Shown: piece by piece, positions 47,250 to 58,824 of the stretch | How positions within the stretch are numbered: position 1 is the first letter of the stretch | Layout: every line of letters starts with the position of its first letter | NCBI GenBank assembly: GCA_001599295.1 | Contig: BCGN01000002.1 | Coordinates: forward strand, 310,001 to 374,000 | From: Sporopachydermia quercuum | Lineage: Eukaryota | DNA length: 64,000 nucleotides | Reading direction: 5' to 3' | The notes under the pieces: model-generated | Seen by the model: the letters and a program-made list of their open reading frames with translations, nothing else | The model's database searches: none | Told to the model about the DNA's origin: nothing | Position numbers and translations under genes: made by a program

Positions 47250-49175
47250 TACAAAAATAAGGATGATATTGATACGTGAAGTTTTTGGGTTATAAAAAAA
47301 GGATTATGAAATATGTAAGAATTTGTTATAGGTTTAATGAATAAATAGTAGACAATATGTGGAATTGGTCTAAAAATAAAAGCTGTAAATAACGAAACTC
47401 ATTCAATCTCGAGACCTATAAAAAATACAAGCTATCCCACCATCCATTTTTCAGGCAAAGTAACGGCAGAAGGAGTTTATCACAAAATAAGCTTGCAGTA
47501 TCAGGAACGATTTCTCTATTAGGTTTCAGGTACTAAAAAAAAAACCAAAAATAGTATACAAAGTTTTTTTGTCATGCAGGTACTAAAGTTTAATTTACTT
47601 TTCACTTGTTTCATTGATAACGAAACAAATATGATGAAATAGTAATTAAATATAATATTAGATCTGATTAATCAGTTAAGAACTTCATAATTAACTGAAA
47701 TATAACAATGGTAATTTTGAATTATGCCGTGGACATTGCAAAGTAATGTTTACATGAAACATAGTGGTGATCCGCCCTTGTACCCAGGTTTGTGTACAAA
47801 TTTCTAAATATAATGCTTTTATTTTCTATTGCTTGGAATGGCCTTGTTTGGGTAGTAGTTTGATCCTCCCTATCCTCTTCCTGTTGGCACGATAAGAATT
47901 TTAGGGAATGAAATGACTATTTTACTAGTTTGAATGTTGAAAACACAATTGTGAATGTCAGGAATCTCCCCTTTATATCCAAACATCCTACCTTAATCAA
48001 GGGCTTGGTTGAGCATTTTATTGTTATTTCTTGCAGAGATTTATGTCTCCAACAATGTTAAACTGAACTGTAAGCAATCTATTAATCTATTGAAACGAGC
48101 AGACGAGTTGTTGGTACTTACAATTTAGTAATAAGGAAGCTATGAAGCTACTGGGTGGCGTACGGGCCTAATGAACCATTTTAACGTTGAAGTCAAGAGC
48201 TCGTCTCTTCGCACAAACAATTTCTGAATGGTTCTAATCAGGACTCCGAGGAGTACACAGTTGTATGTTTGCTCTAGAATAAATCTAGCCCTATTACAAT
48301 TAAAACTGAATGCCTCAATTTGTTCAGTATACAGGAAAGCTTCGATCGACTTCCTATCATATTTTATTTTTCCTATGTTTCAAGCCTTAGATCTATTCTT
48401 CCGAGGTAATCATAACAGTATGTCTTAACAAACGATAATGATACTTTGGAATAATAAGGTAAGATCTTGAATGGTCAATGAGTATGTATCAACCAATAAG
48501 ATATAAATAGTCATTGAAGATATGGGATAAATCAAGAATAAAGCAAATTCACATAATGCTTTTACTCCATCCTGCTTTTACTCCATTAAAAAAAGAAACA
48601 GGGGAGGATCACAGCGGCAGAGCACTGTTTACCACCACGATCTGATACACATCCATTCATGTTAATGTTATAGAACTACGACATGAAAATCTCAATTATA
48701 ATTAAATCAAATGCTTCTGGAGGAAATAAATCATTCCCTATTCACGGTGCTCTATACAGTTTAGCTGAGCAAATGATATTGAGCCAACTAAACCCGAACG
48801 AAGCCTATTAGTTGAAATCCAGTTTAGCGACTACGTAATTTCACATAACCTCCAAAATTTAACGTTTGAAACGTTTTTAAGGTTTCGTTTTACGGCATTT
48901 AATCAGGAACCGGAACTTTAAGCGCATTTTGATATGAGCTTAAATAGAGCGCTCTGTTTTTCAATCTCCATCATAATACTATCTATCCTGTGTATCGGCA
49001 ACTCAATGTTCTTATCATATAAGTTCTTTTTGTTTTACTTTTAAATGTCCTCAAATTTGAAAAGTGCTATAGACAGACAGCTAGCTAATCCATTTCATCA
49101 TTACACATGTTTTCTGCACCTTCTTCTAATTACATGGCTTCTCTCATCATTTGCTTCCTTTATTCCTCCGTTCTA

Positions 49176-51503
49176 TTACAGACCACCAGCTTTTCCTATC
49201 CAGTACTTGCGCTTTTGTATCGCGTTCAGAGACCTTGTACGACTTTCACTATCATCATCATCATTATTACTGACATCTCTGCTTACATCCTTTCGCAAAG
49301 GAGATGATTTTTCATCTTCTGTTAGATTCATTATCTCATTCATACGATCAGCTTTATTTTTGGTCTCTTCAGGTTTGGTTGCTCTTATTTTCGCGACTTT
49401 TTTTCCTTCCTTTACTTTTGCTGTATTTTCCTTTGTTCGGTTGATGTAATCAGTCTGTGTTTCTTCATGCGAATCATCTGATAAATCACCACCATGTAAA
49501 TCGAAATGTAACTCTACACCGGGTATCTCATCATATGTATCATGGTATACATGATCAGATCTATTTCGATCCTCATCTTCTTCTGTGACAGTTCCACTCG
49601 TTTCCCAAGCATCAGTTGCCTTTACAGCCTCGTTCACAACTATTGCTCTATGATCTTCAAACGTCCGTTGAGGCCCTCTAAGCTTGATTATATGTCCTAA
49701 TAACGACTGTCCTTTACGTTCTTTGTATGTCTTATAGTGCATTTCATAGCTTCTATTCGTCAAAAGCTCATAAGCACCACCAAGGGCTTTTTTAATATTG
49801 GGCATGTTGAATGAACCTTTTGTTAGATTGTTCTCGCGATCGGATGGATCTCTGATAGCTAAGAAGAATGATCGGCGATTCTGCAAAGCTGGTTCATCAT
49901 CTTTATTTACATAGCCAATGAAATCATCTTCTACGACAATTCCAAGGTTATCATAACCAAAATTCCGTCCATAGAGTTCAAAAAACTCAATCAACAGTAC
50001 TCCTAGGTTATCTTCGGCATCGATAGAACCAGATGCCAGTCTTGGGTGCAGTCTGAAAAAAGAGTACACCATGCAAATCACAGCATACCCTCCTAATCCT
50101 CCAGTATGCACATCGTTTAGTTTTCTGGTAGCGAAAAACTGTTTGATAATCAGTACTAATTCCCTGAGTCCCGGTGTCTCTTTCAACCATCTTCTGATCC
50201 TAATGGCAGAATCAACACCATTGACCTTTTCAAATGACACATCTACCTTCACGCCGCTTTTTGCTTCGACAAACTTGATGATAGGTACTTTTGCTTTAGC
50301 TATTACTTCCACCCTATTAGCAATACCAGTATTACGGAAATGGGCCGATAGGTTGTATAGTGAAGACCTTGTAGCATATTTCCCTCTCTTCGATATAACA
50401 ACGACGTCAATATCAGATCCCGGGAGATACAAATCAGTAGCAAATGAACCAAATACATGAGCAGTAGCATCAGGCCATAGCCTGTTAACTGATTCTTTGA
50501 TTCTTCTTACTGCGCTATTACGATTGGTGATCTCTTCTTTGCTAGGGGAAATGTACCTGACAAAGTCTTTGATTTCTGACGTTAGCCAATCAGCAACTTC
50601 TTTCTGTTTATGATGAGATCTTTGTTTTACCCAGTGAAACTCTGAGTTTGGAGATAATTCATCATCAGACTCTTCATACAAATGTCTCCCCGTAGTATTG
50701 TTAGTAACATCAGATGTGTTTCTTGCTGACCCAGGAGACCCCTTAGCAGTAGCAGTAGGAACGCCAGAATCATCGTCAGAAAAGTCGAAAGCAATGAAAT
50801 CATCATTATTAGCGGAGATTTTGTTTCCTTTTGCTGGTTTTGTTTCTGAAATAGGTTCTTCGTGTGAAATTTCACTTATTTCGTCTTCGTCTGACGGAAT
50901 ATCAATGATAGTATCATTGTTAGTAATTATGACATCACTGTCGTTATCAGATCCTTTATCAGACTCATCCAATAGGATTATATCCTTGCTCGACCTTTTT
51001 TCTGCATTATATGTATCATCATCTCTGTCAGAGATTATATTTACATCAGAGAGATTGTCAGGTATGTCGATAAGAATATCGAACTGATTATTAGCATTGG
51101 GCTTGGGCAGTTCGGGTATCAGAGGAGCATTACCTTTTATATTTTTTCTGATTTTATTTTTCCTTTTATTGCTCAAATCTTTGTTCGTTTCTCCAGACGT
51201 AGAGTTCGTACTTTGTAGCCAATTCACATTCTTGCTTTTGGTTATTAAGTCTTCCTTCGTTTGGGCGATTTGAGCTTTACCCTTTCGTTGCTTTCTGCTT
51301 TTCTTCTGGATTTTATTTGCTTCTGATAGAGGTATCTCGTTCTCAATGTGATTTTTTTTCTTATCGTGCATGCTCTTCTTCTTCTGCTTCTTTTGGCTAC
51401 TGTTGAAGCTCTCATTATTTCTATACTTAGCTGTAGAATTAGATGTTGACGTTGAGAGTGAATTTGAACGCGATCTCGTGCGAGGTTTCTTGCTTTTCCC
51501 CAT
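49176..51503 (-). CDS. PAP2: TRAMP non-canonical poly(A) polymerase Trf4/Trf5
   Basis: FGSFATDLYLPGSDIDVV, AKVPIIKF, LNDVHTGGLGGY, LLIEFFELYG; first ATG at 51503. Confidence 0.93.
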   Translation of the reverse strand: MGKSKKPRTRSRSNSLSTSTSNSTAKYRNNESFNSSQKKQKKKSMHDKKKNHIENEIPLSEANKIQKKSRKQRKGKAQIAQTKEDLITKSKNVNWLQSTNSTSGETNKDLSNKRKNKIRKNIKGNAPLIPELPKPNANNQFDILIDIPDNLSDVNIISDRDDDTYNAEKRSSKDIILLDESDKGSDNDSDVIITNNDTIIDIPSDEDEISEISHEEPISETKPAKGNKISANNDDFIAFDFSDDDSGVPTATAKGSPGSARNTSDVTNNTTGRHLYEESDDELSPNSEFHWVKQRSHHKQKEVADWLTSEIKDFVRYISPSKEEITNRNSAVRRIKESVNRLWPDATAHVFGSFATDLYLPGSDIDVVVISKRGKYATRSSLYNLSAHFRNTGIANRVEVIAKAKVPIIKFVEAKSGVKVDVSFEKVNGVDSAIRIRRWLKETPGLRELVLIIKQFFATRKLNDVHTGGLGGYAVICMVYSFFRLHPRLASGSIDAEDNLGVLLIEFFELYGRNFGYDNLGIVVEDDFIGYVNKDDEPALQNRRSFFLAIRDPSDRENNLTKGSFNMPNIKKALGGAYELLTNRSYEMHYKTYKERKGQSLLGHIIKLRGPQRTFEDHRAIVVNEAVKATDAWETSGTVTEEDEDRNRSDHVYHDTYDEIPGVELHFDLHGGDLSDDSHEETQTDYINRTKENTAKVKEGKKVAKIRATKPEETKNKADRMNEIMNLTEDEKSSPLRKDVSRDVSNNDDDDSESRTRSLNAIQKRKYWIGKAGGL

Positions 51504-52461
51504 CTTATATTCTATGCTTTGCTGTTCGGTTATTATTTTGGATACCTGTCTAGTGCAAATGTAGTAGTTCTGTGGTAGACGCAAGTAGTGTTCTCTTTAA
51601 TTTTAATCTTTTTAGCAAGCTAAAGACCTTCGTAGTTACAATAGGAGTTCGGCTTTTCTTCGAAGTGAAGTGACTGTTTCAACAATTATAGTAGAGTATA
51701 TCCTTCCCCATAATATTAATAGTCTACCAGTTGCTTTGTAGGTATACCATTCAAAATCAAATGTGTTATCAAAATAGCGGTTTCTCCCTTATCTCCTACT
51801 CGTATAGCATATGCAATCTCAGATCAAAAAGTGGAGAGAATAGATAGTCTTGGTACTAGAATTAGGATTAGCCCTATCTTTTTAACAACTTTTCGTCGTG
51901 ATAAATGACTCCCACTAAATTGAATATAGCCTAGGATATTAGGCACTGACGGAATGCAATTTTGTTTATCTCTATTGTTTCTTTCTTCAGGCCATGTTTC
52001 CTCTTATGTTTCCTCCTACACTTATTGATTCCTTACTGTACCACACAGGTTATAAATTTTTTTTTTTATCATTGAAAGTAAGTGCTGATAATGGTATGTA
52101 AGAACCCCAGATTACGTGATCTTATTTTATTATAGTTTCTTGTTTTGTGATTATGTAATCGTTATGGTATCTTTGTGACCCCAGATTATGGCCCTTGTGG
52201 AAACATATGCAGATGATCCGAGCCACAAAATGATTGTTGAAGTGGACAGAAGCTCAAGGGAAGAACAGACTCGACCAATAAAAGTAACATGGATATTATA
52301 AAGAGAATAAATCCATCAGAGAACAAATGCGCTAGAGGGTGATTGTAGTCTGGTTATTCATACTCGTAAAAATTCAATAAACGGTATCATAGAGGTTCAC
52401 TGCGAACTCTTATCTGGTATTTTATTTTGAAACATTATACGATGATCTAGAAATCCAAAAA

Positions 52462-54507
52462 ATGTCGATTGTTCTGTACAACCAAGTGATTGACCAGCGA
52501 AACCCGAACCTCAGCATTGTACTGTAAGTCAAGTACACTTGCTTGAAGGAGTTTGCTCAAAGCGATGATTTTGCTTTCAAATTCATTCAAACTCATTTTT
52601 TTCAGACCCATTGATACAAGGAGCTACCAACGGTCACTAACATTGAGACTAGGAGAGATGATTCTAAAGGAGCACTTGTCGTTTACGACAAAGAATCCAA
52701 ACAACTATCCATAGTCAAAGACTATCAAAAGCCCGCCACGAACGAACTACTAATCTCAAACAAAGCATTTGCCTACTCCAACCAGAACCAGAAGGATGAT
52801 CTGACATTGGCTTTAACAAAAACCAGATCACATCCTGGTACATTCCCGAGCTATAATAATGTGATTATATGTGATAATTGCGGACATATTATACCCGGCC
52901 CAAACGCTTTCGACTCACGAGATGTTCCAGATGAAAATACCACCGAAGATATGGCACCCAACAAAATTGCTTACTTAGGTGATAACAACCATATGGCTCT
53001 GGATACGGTAAAGTATATTGATGCCGATTATTTCAGTCTTCTCGAGGTTGACAAAGACAGAGAAGGCANCAAAAGTGAAGAAGATGACAACAAATATAGC
53101 GACAATGGGATCTCTCTTACTGCATTCTCTCAAGGATATTTTGACCAGTTCTTTGTTACCAAATCATTTCTGGGAAGGGGATCTAGAGGCTCAGTATACT
53201 CGGTAGAGCATATACTCGATGGTGTATCACTAGGTGATTTTGCCCTGAAGAAAGTTCCGATTGGCAATGATCATCAATGGCTTAAAAAAGTACTTAGAGA
53301 GGTCAACTTACTTAGAAATCTATCACATCCTAATCTTGTGAGCTACAATCATGTCTGGCTGGAATACTCTAAAGTAACTGAATTTGGACCCGAGGTCCCT
53401 TGCGCATTCATATTACAAGAATTTTGTGGAGGTGGAACTGTTGAAGATCTTGTGTGCTCTCTGTCAAACCCAGACGACGGTCATTTATCACCTGAGGAAA
53501 TAAAGGCACGGTTTAGAAAAAACAGGATATCGGGGAGCAAGATGTTCAACAAGCCTGGGAGATTACTGAACTTCCAAGAAATCAAATCAATATTCAAAGA
53601 CATAACGGAAGGTGTGAACGAGCTCCATAAGAACCAAATAGTCCACCGTGATCTGAAACCTTCCAATTGTCTTCTAATGACACCTTTCGACCCTGAAAGA
53701 CCAAATGATAGTTTCCCCACCGTTTTGGTGAGTGATTTTGGCGAAGGACAGATTGAAGGGGACCTACGCACAGCAACTGGTTCCACAGGTACACTGGAAT
53801 ACACAGCACCAGAAACATTTAAAAGAGTCAACGGAGTTTTAACTCAATTTACTAAGAAATCTGATGTCTTCTCTCTTGGTATGATTTTACATTTTCTATG
53901 TTTTGGCAAACTTCCTTATAAACATCGACCTACTGAATTCGATGAACTGCGAAGAGAAATTATTAGCTTTTCTTATACGATATCTAAAAGCAAACCAAGA
54001 ACTGATTTACCAATCCAAATCCATGAGCTGTTAGGTAAGATGCTTTCCAAGCGACCTAGTGATAGACCAGACACAGAGTATATATTGAGTGTCATGGAAG
54101 ATTTTGATCGTATATCAACAGTGTCAGAATCTCCAGCTTTCTCGTCCCTCGAAAATTCTGAAGATGAAATGGTTGACGGAGCATCGGAAGAGTTAATTTC
54201 ATATGTTCCTCAATTGACATATGATGTGAAGAAAAAGTCTTTTTTTAATACATCTACTATCCCTTTGCTTAAGATCATGTTCATATGGATGATGTCATTG
54301 ATAAAGCTCGGATTGTTCTATTTATTAATAAAGATCGACAGCATCCAACTGAAATCTCCTATTATATCAGGAATTCCATTTCTGCTAGGAATGGAATTTA
54401 GAGAAAGCCTCTACAGATATAACTATAGATTAAGTGCACTAACGACATTGTTACTGTTACTGTCATATTTCTACTTTTCCAGAGAGATCGAGATCATTCA
54501 CGTATAG
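52462..54507 (+). CDS. IKS1: Iks1-family protein kinase with C-terminal hydrophobic segments, 2 exons (52462-52523, 52653-54507), 638 aa
   Basis: MSIVLY...ALVVYD N-terminus after splicing (GTAAGT...CACTAAC...TAG); YFDQFF, FALKKVPIGNDHQWL, VSYNHVWLE, HRDLKPSNCLL, DFGE. Confidence 0.9.
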
Positions 54508-54850
54508 AAGGAGAAGGGACAGCAATACGAATATAGGAAAGAAGATATTTATGCAGAACTTTGGAAAGGTTATCTAGTTTTTAAGTAAGAAAATGCACAC
54601 GGAATAAATCAAAGAATACGGATAGTAATTGAACAGAAAAGTCAGACGGTAAATAGCCAGAAAATGTTAATCATACGCTTTATCATAGAAAAAACCTCAC
54701 ATGTGTTCAGCAACCATCAAAACAAACACATTCTTTCATTCAGCTTCAATAAAAATATTCTTATTATACATGACAATGACTACACGAGGCTAACCAAAGT
54801 CGGTGTGTGTTTCCATCTACCCATATTCCCTACTCACCATCCCAAACATA

Positions 54851-55784
54851 TCAACATGCACACGATTGTTTTCCATCAGGTCCGTTGCTCGGCTGCTGTA
54901 GCTCAATTCCTGAAGCATTCTTACTTTGATCTGCTATAGCCTTATCCAATGGCAATGCATTAGCTATACGTTTGAAAAGGGATTGAATACCGACTCCTGA
55001 CTTGGCAGAACACTCATAAAATAGTAGATTGTTTTCCAAGCAGTAACGTTCTGCCTCCGTTTTATCTACATCTCGCATGGACTCTAAATCTATCTTATTT
55101 CCCACTAATGCAATTACCAAATTGGACTTCCTTGAAGAAAGTTTCAATTCATTCACCCAGCTTTGAGCTCTTGAAAAAGAAAACATCTGAGTTATATCAT
55201 ACACAACTATTGCTACGTCAGCATTTCTATAATACATCGGTGCTAAACTTTTGTATCTTTCCTGTCCCGCAGTATCCCAGATCTCAAATTTAATAGTCGT
55301 GTTATCATCTATCTGAAATTTGTGGGTTACGAATGCTGCGCCAATTGTTGATTCTCGTAATTCATCGAACTTGTTCTGATACACGGTTAGAGCACTTGGA
55401 ACAAATAATGAAACAGGGTAACACTAGTAAATATGTTATCATTTTCCAATAGAAGAGGGCTAGATAGTTTGCTTTATACTTACTTTGGCGAAACGTAGGA
55501 CCATAGAGCTCTAAACAACGAATTGTTAGTAGAAAATAAAGGAGTCTTGCTCATATAACTATTGACGTATCACAATTCCAGAGTACCTAAAAGAAGACAA
55601 AGGCTGACTTGAATCCACAAAAAGGTTACTAGTCCTTCTAATATTGCACTCAAAATTTCCTGTCCTTTGCTTCATAATATTCAAAAATCACAATACATAC
55701 CTTTCCTACTGCAGACTCCCCTAGCAGAACAACTTTGAACTGTGCAAACCGTTCGGCGGCATTGCTATTATTCGAAGAAGACAT
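54851..55784 (-). CDS. YPT52: Rab5-family GTPase, 3 exons (55784-55701, 55510-55484, 55375-54851), 211 aa
   Basis: QFKVVLLGESAVGK|SSMVLRFAK|NKFDELRESTIGAAF...WDTAGQERYKSLAPMYYRNA...GNKID; CAC prenylation end; canonical introns. Confidence 0.88.
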
Positions 55785-56433
55785 TATGAAGACTTCAATT
55801 ATGTCATGTAATAACAACGGCCTATTCAAAAGATTATCCTATTATCAGTATCTCTATACGGACAATTCAAGTTTTAACTGGCTGATTTGTTTCTTGTTTT
55901 AGCTTTCTGGCCCGGTTGCAAAAGTTATGAAGTTGTCTGTATATACTCCCTACAAAATAACAAAGAGATACGAATCTTGATAAATGTAACAGATGAAANA
56001 TCTCAAAAAACTAAAACACGGAAGAGTTAGTCAAAAGTACATCACATAACTTACTCAAGTATAATTACGGTAGCAATAGGATATCAATCAGGGTTGAAGG
56101 CAATGAGATTGATAATACATTGATTGCAAATTGATAAAGAGTAGTATCAAGGGGAGAAAGCTGGAGATTAGGGATGAAATGATAAGATAATTAATTACAT
56201 AATCAAAAAGATAACATATTTGAGTTGGAAATTAGTTAAAGTTTGAATTTAGAGTTCACAAACTTCATGCGTTTACAGTGAATGTAGCTGAATCTTCATG
56301 TTTTTAAGAAAGTGAAATTATTCATGTTCTTGATCTTGAATTACTGATGAACAATGAATGTTGAGTGTTGATTGAAGGAAAGAAAAAAGAGAGGCCTTCT
56401 TGCCATGTAGTCAGAGCCAAATAATGGTCAAAA

Positions 56434-58220
56434 TTATAATTCTGCAGAGAAGTCAATAACCTCACAAGATAAATCAGCCAAGTTCACCAGCACCAATTGT
56501 TTATGAGTTTTAAACTCAGGAAGACAAATAAGCCTGGAGTATATCATATCACCATCTGGTGACTTTTCAATAAGAAGTTTAGTCTCAAACTGTGGCTGGT
56601 TCCCAGCAAAAAGTACATGCGGTGTTTCGGTTATAATGAAAGGATCAGAGTCTTTAAATGGATAACACCAAAGGGTATCAGGAGCCGTTGGGAATAAATG
56701 TTGAAGCAGTAGCGTGTCCTCTAGTATTTTCAAATGAGAGATCGAGTCATTGGCTTTTGTTTCGACATCAAACTCTGCTTTAGGAAGATTCAATTCACTT
56801 CTTATTTTATCTTCAGGTAAAAGATACTTAGCCATATCATTGACATTTTGACCACCTGTACCTAAAGCTCTTATTCCTTCAAAATCGTACCAGGTAGGAT
56901 TATCTTCCAGATGTAATAACCCTTGTTGAAGATTTGATAAGTTAATATATTTTCGGGATAATGGAAGAAGAGAATGGTGAATTGCCTGCTGCGGAACAGA
57001 AAAGGAGGTCGGATCTGTAGCACCAGGCATAACAGATACCGTAATAGATGGAAGAATATCTGCAAGAAATTGATCAAATTGTTGAATAGAAGCTGGCGTA
57101 CCAGAAAGATTAGCTGTAGCTTGACGATTACTTAAATCGACTTTGTCTACTTCATTGAAATACTCTGGAGATACTGAATTGCCAGCTATTATTAACTTAA
57201 TGATCTGTGAAGCTTTTACCCTATCAGACAACCCACCTAACACCCCCGTTAAAAACTCTTTCATCAGTTCAATCTCTAACCCAAAATCTTCAGTACTACC
57301 AAATTGAAGGCCAGAAACTAAGGCCACGTATTTTGGCTTGTTCGTTTCTTTATCAATGCCTCTAGAAGGGATGGGATCACCATCATTACTTAGCTCTTTT
57401 CTGACGGCACTTTCTTGACTATCCATCATTTCTAAATCCAACAGAACATCATTTTTGAGTACATCAGTCAAATCAGGTAATGCAACTTGTGGTGGTAAAT
57501 CTGGAACACATATATCTAGGATTTGAAATTTACCAGGCTCAAGCTCAATGCCAAATACTGCAACTACAGCACCCGTGACAAGTTGAACATTCATTTGGTT
57601 AAGCTTTTCTAGACCACTTAATTCCACTCTTCCACTTTCATCTTCAATAGTAATAACATCTGAAGCATCATTATATGCATAATGAACCGGAGGAGGGGCT
57701 CCCCATTGCTGCCTACCTAACTCTTCAAAGATATCAGGTTTATATTTCATTTCATAGTAAATAGTACCAACAATCCAGCACGGTTTATTGTTTGTGATGT
57801 CAAGCACTTTTTCTACGTATTCAGCATTTTGTTCTTTTATAACTTTTTCCCATTTAATCTTTGCTGTTTCAACAAGTTTCTTCCGTAACTTTGTTAACCG
57901 GATAAAATATATGTTAGCATATTGTTGATTATAAGATCTGTCACGCAGTTTAACTGAATATTCCTCTTTCCATTGATCTATGCTTTTAAAATTCGCATTA
58001 TCTGGAGTAACCGGAGAATCTTCCACTTGACACCTCACTGGATTTCCTAATTCTTTTTCAACCCTTGAATATATTTGTTAATATTCATACAATTATTCGA
58101 TTATCTGAATTTACCCATTTATTGAAGATTACCCAAGAAACAAAAGGTAACTCACGGTTTATCAAGATAACTGTCAAAGCTATCCGATCGACTTTGACTC
58201 AAAGAAACGTCTGGCATCAT
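56434..58220 (-). CDS. POL31: DNA polymerase delta small (B) subunit, 2 exons (58220-58156, 58063-56434), 564 aa
   Basis: QYANIYFIRL, EDESGR, LIIAGNS, MPGATDP...PQQ, PTAPDTLWCYPF...DPF...PHV.FAGNQ; GTGAGT...TATTAAC...AAG intron supplies the ATG. Confidence 0.92.
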
Positions 58221-58401
58221 TCACAGAGTTGCTGTTATAATTTGAAAATACTTCGCTTCAGCTTAGAAGATTTATCTAGATTCCAGTCATTGTATGTTTA
58301 ACAAGGTGCTTAAACTGGCTTAGGTTGAGATAATAAAGTGAAATAATAGAGTGAGATAATATAATAATGGCGTTTCTAAACCCAACCACAAATCAAATGT
58401 T

Positions 58402-58420
58402 ACGCGTCGAGTCACGTGAT
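58402..58420. promoter_or_regulatory. MCB box (ACGCGT) next to a Cbf1-type site (GTCACGTGAT) upstream of POL31
   Basis: tacgcgtcgagtcacgtgat ~180 nt upstream of the ATG of a DNA replication gene. Confidence 0.6.
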
Positions 58421-58824
58421 ATATGATAAATGAAGTATTACGTAATGGCGAAGGGCATACCATAAAACGGCCTTCAATTGTAAATCTGCGAATGACACAA
58501 TTAGTTGGAAATTGAGAAAGATTGATGAGGAAAATAGTGATTATTTATTTGCTTATGAGTCTACAACGATTGAAATATTGAATGAGCGAATCATTATATG
58601 AAAATGGGATCAAATGGGATCAAATTTTCCTTCTGTTTATTGTACATACCACTTCTATGCCTATGACTATGCTTAGTTATATTTGGCTTATAATCTTAGA
58701 ATTATTTACTTATAGTAATAAAAGTAGTCAGCATTATGAATGCATATTTACAACCATTAATAAGTTTCTCTATCTTCGTTAAAACGTATATCTTATGTGG
58801 TACTTTAAGTTTCACACTTTGCTT

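Noticed and set aside
53641..53661. Alternative CUG code (Ser or Ala)
   Set aside because: CTG encodes the invariant Leu of HRDLKP here and of VVLLGES in the Rab gene, which supports the standard code.
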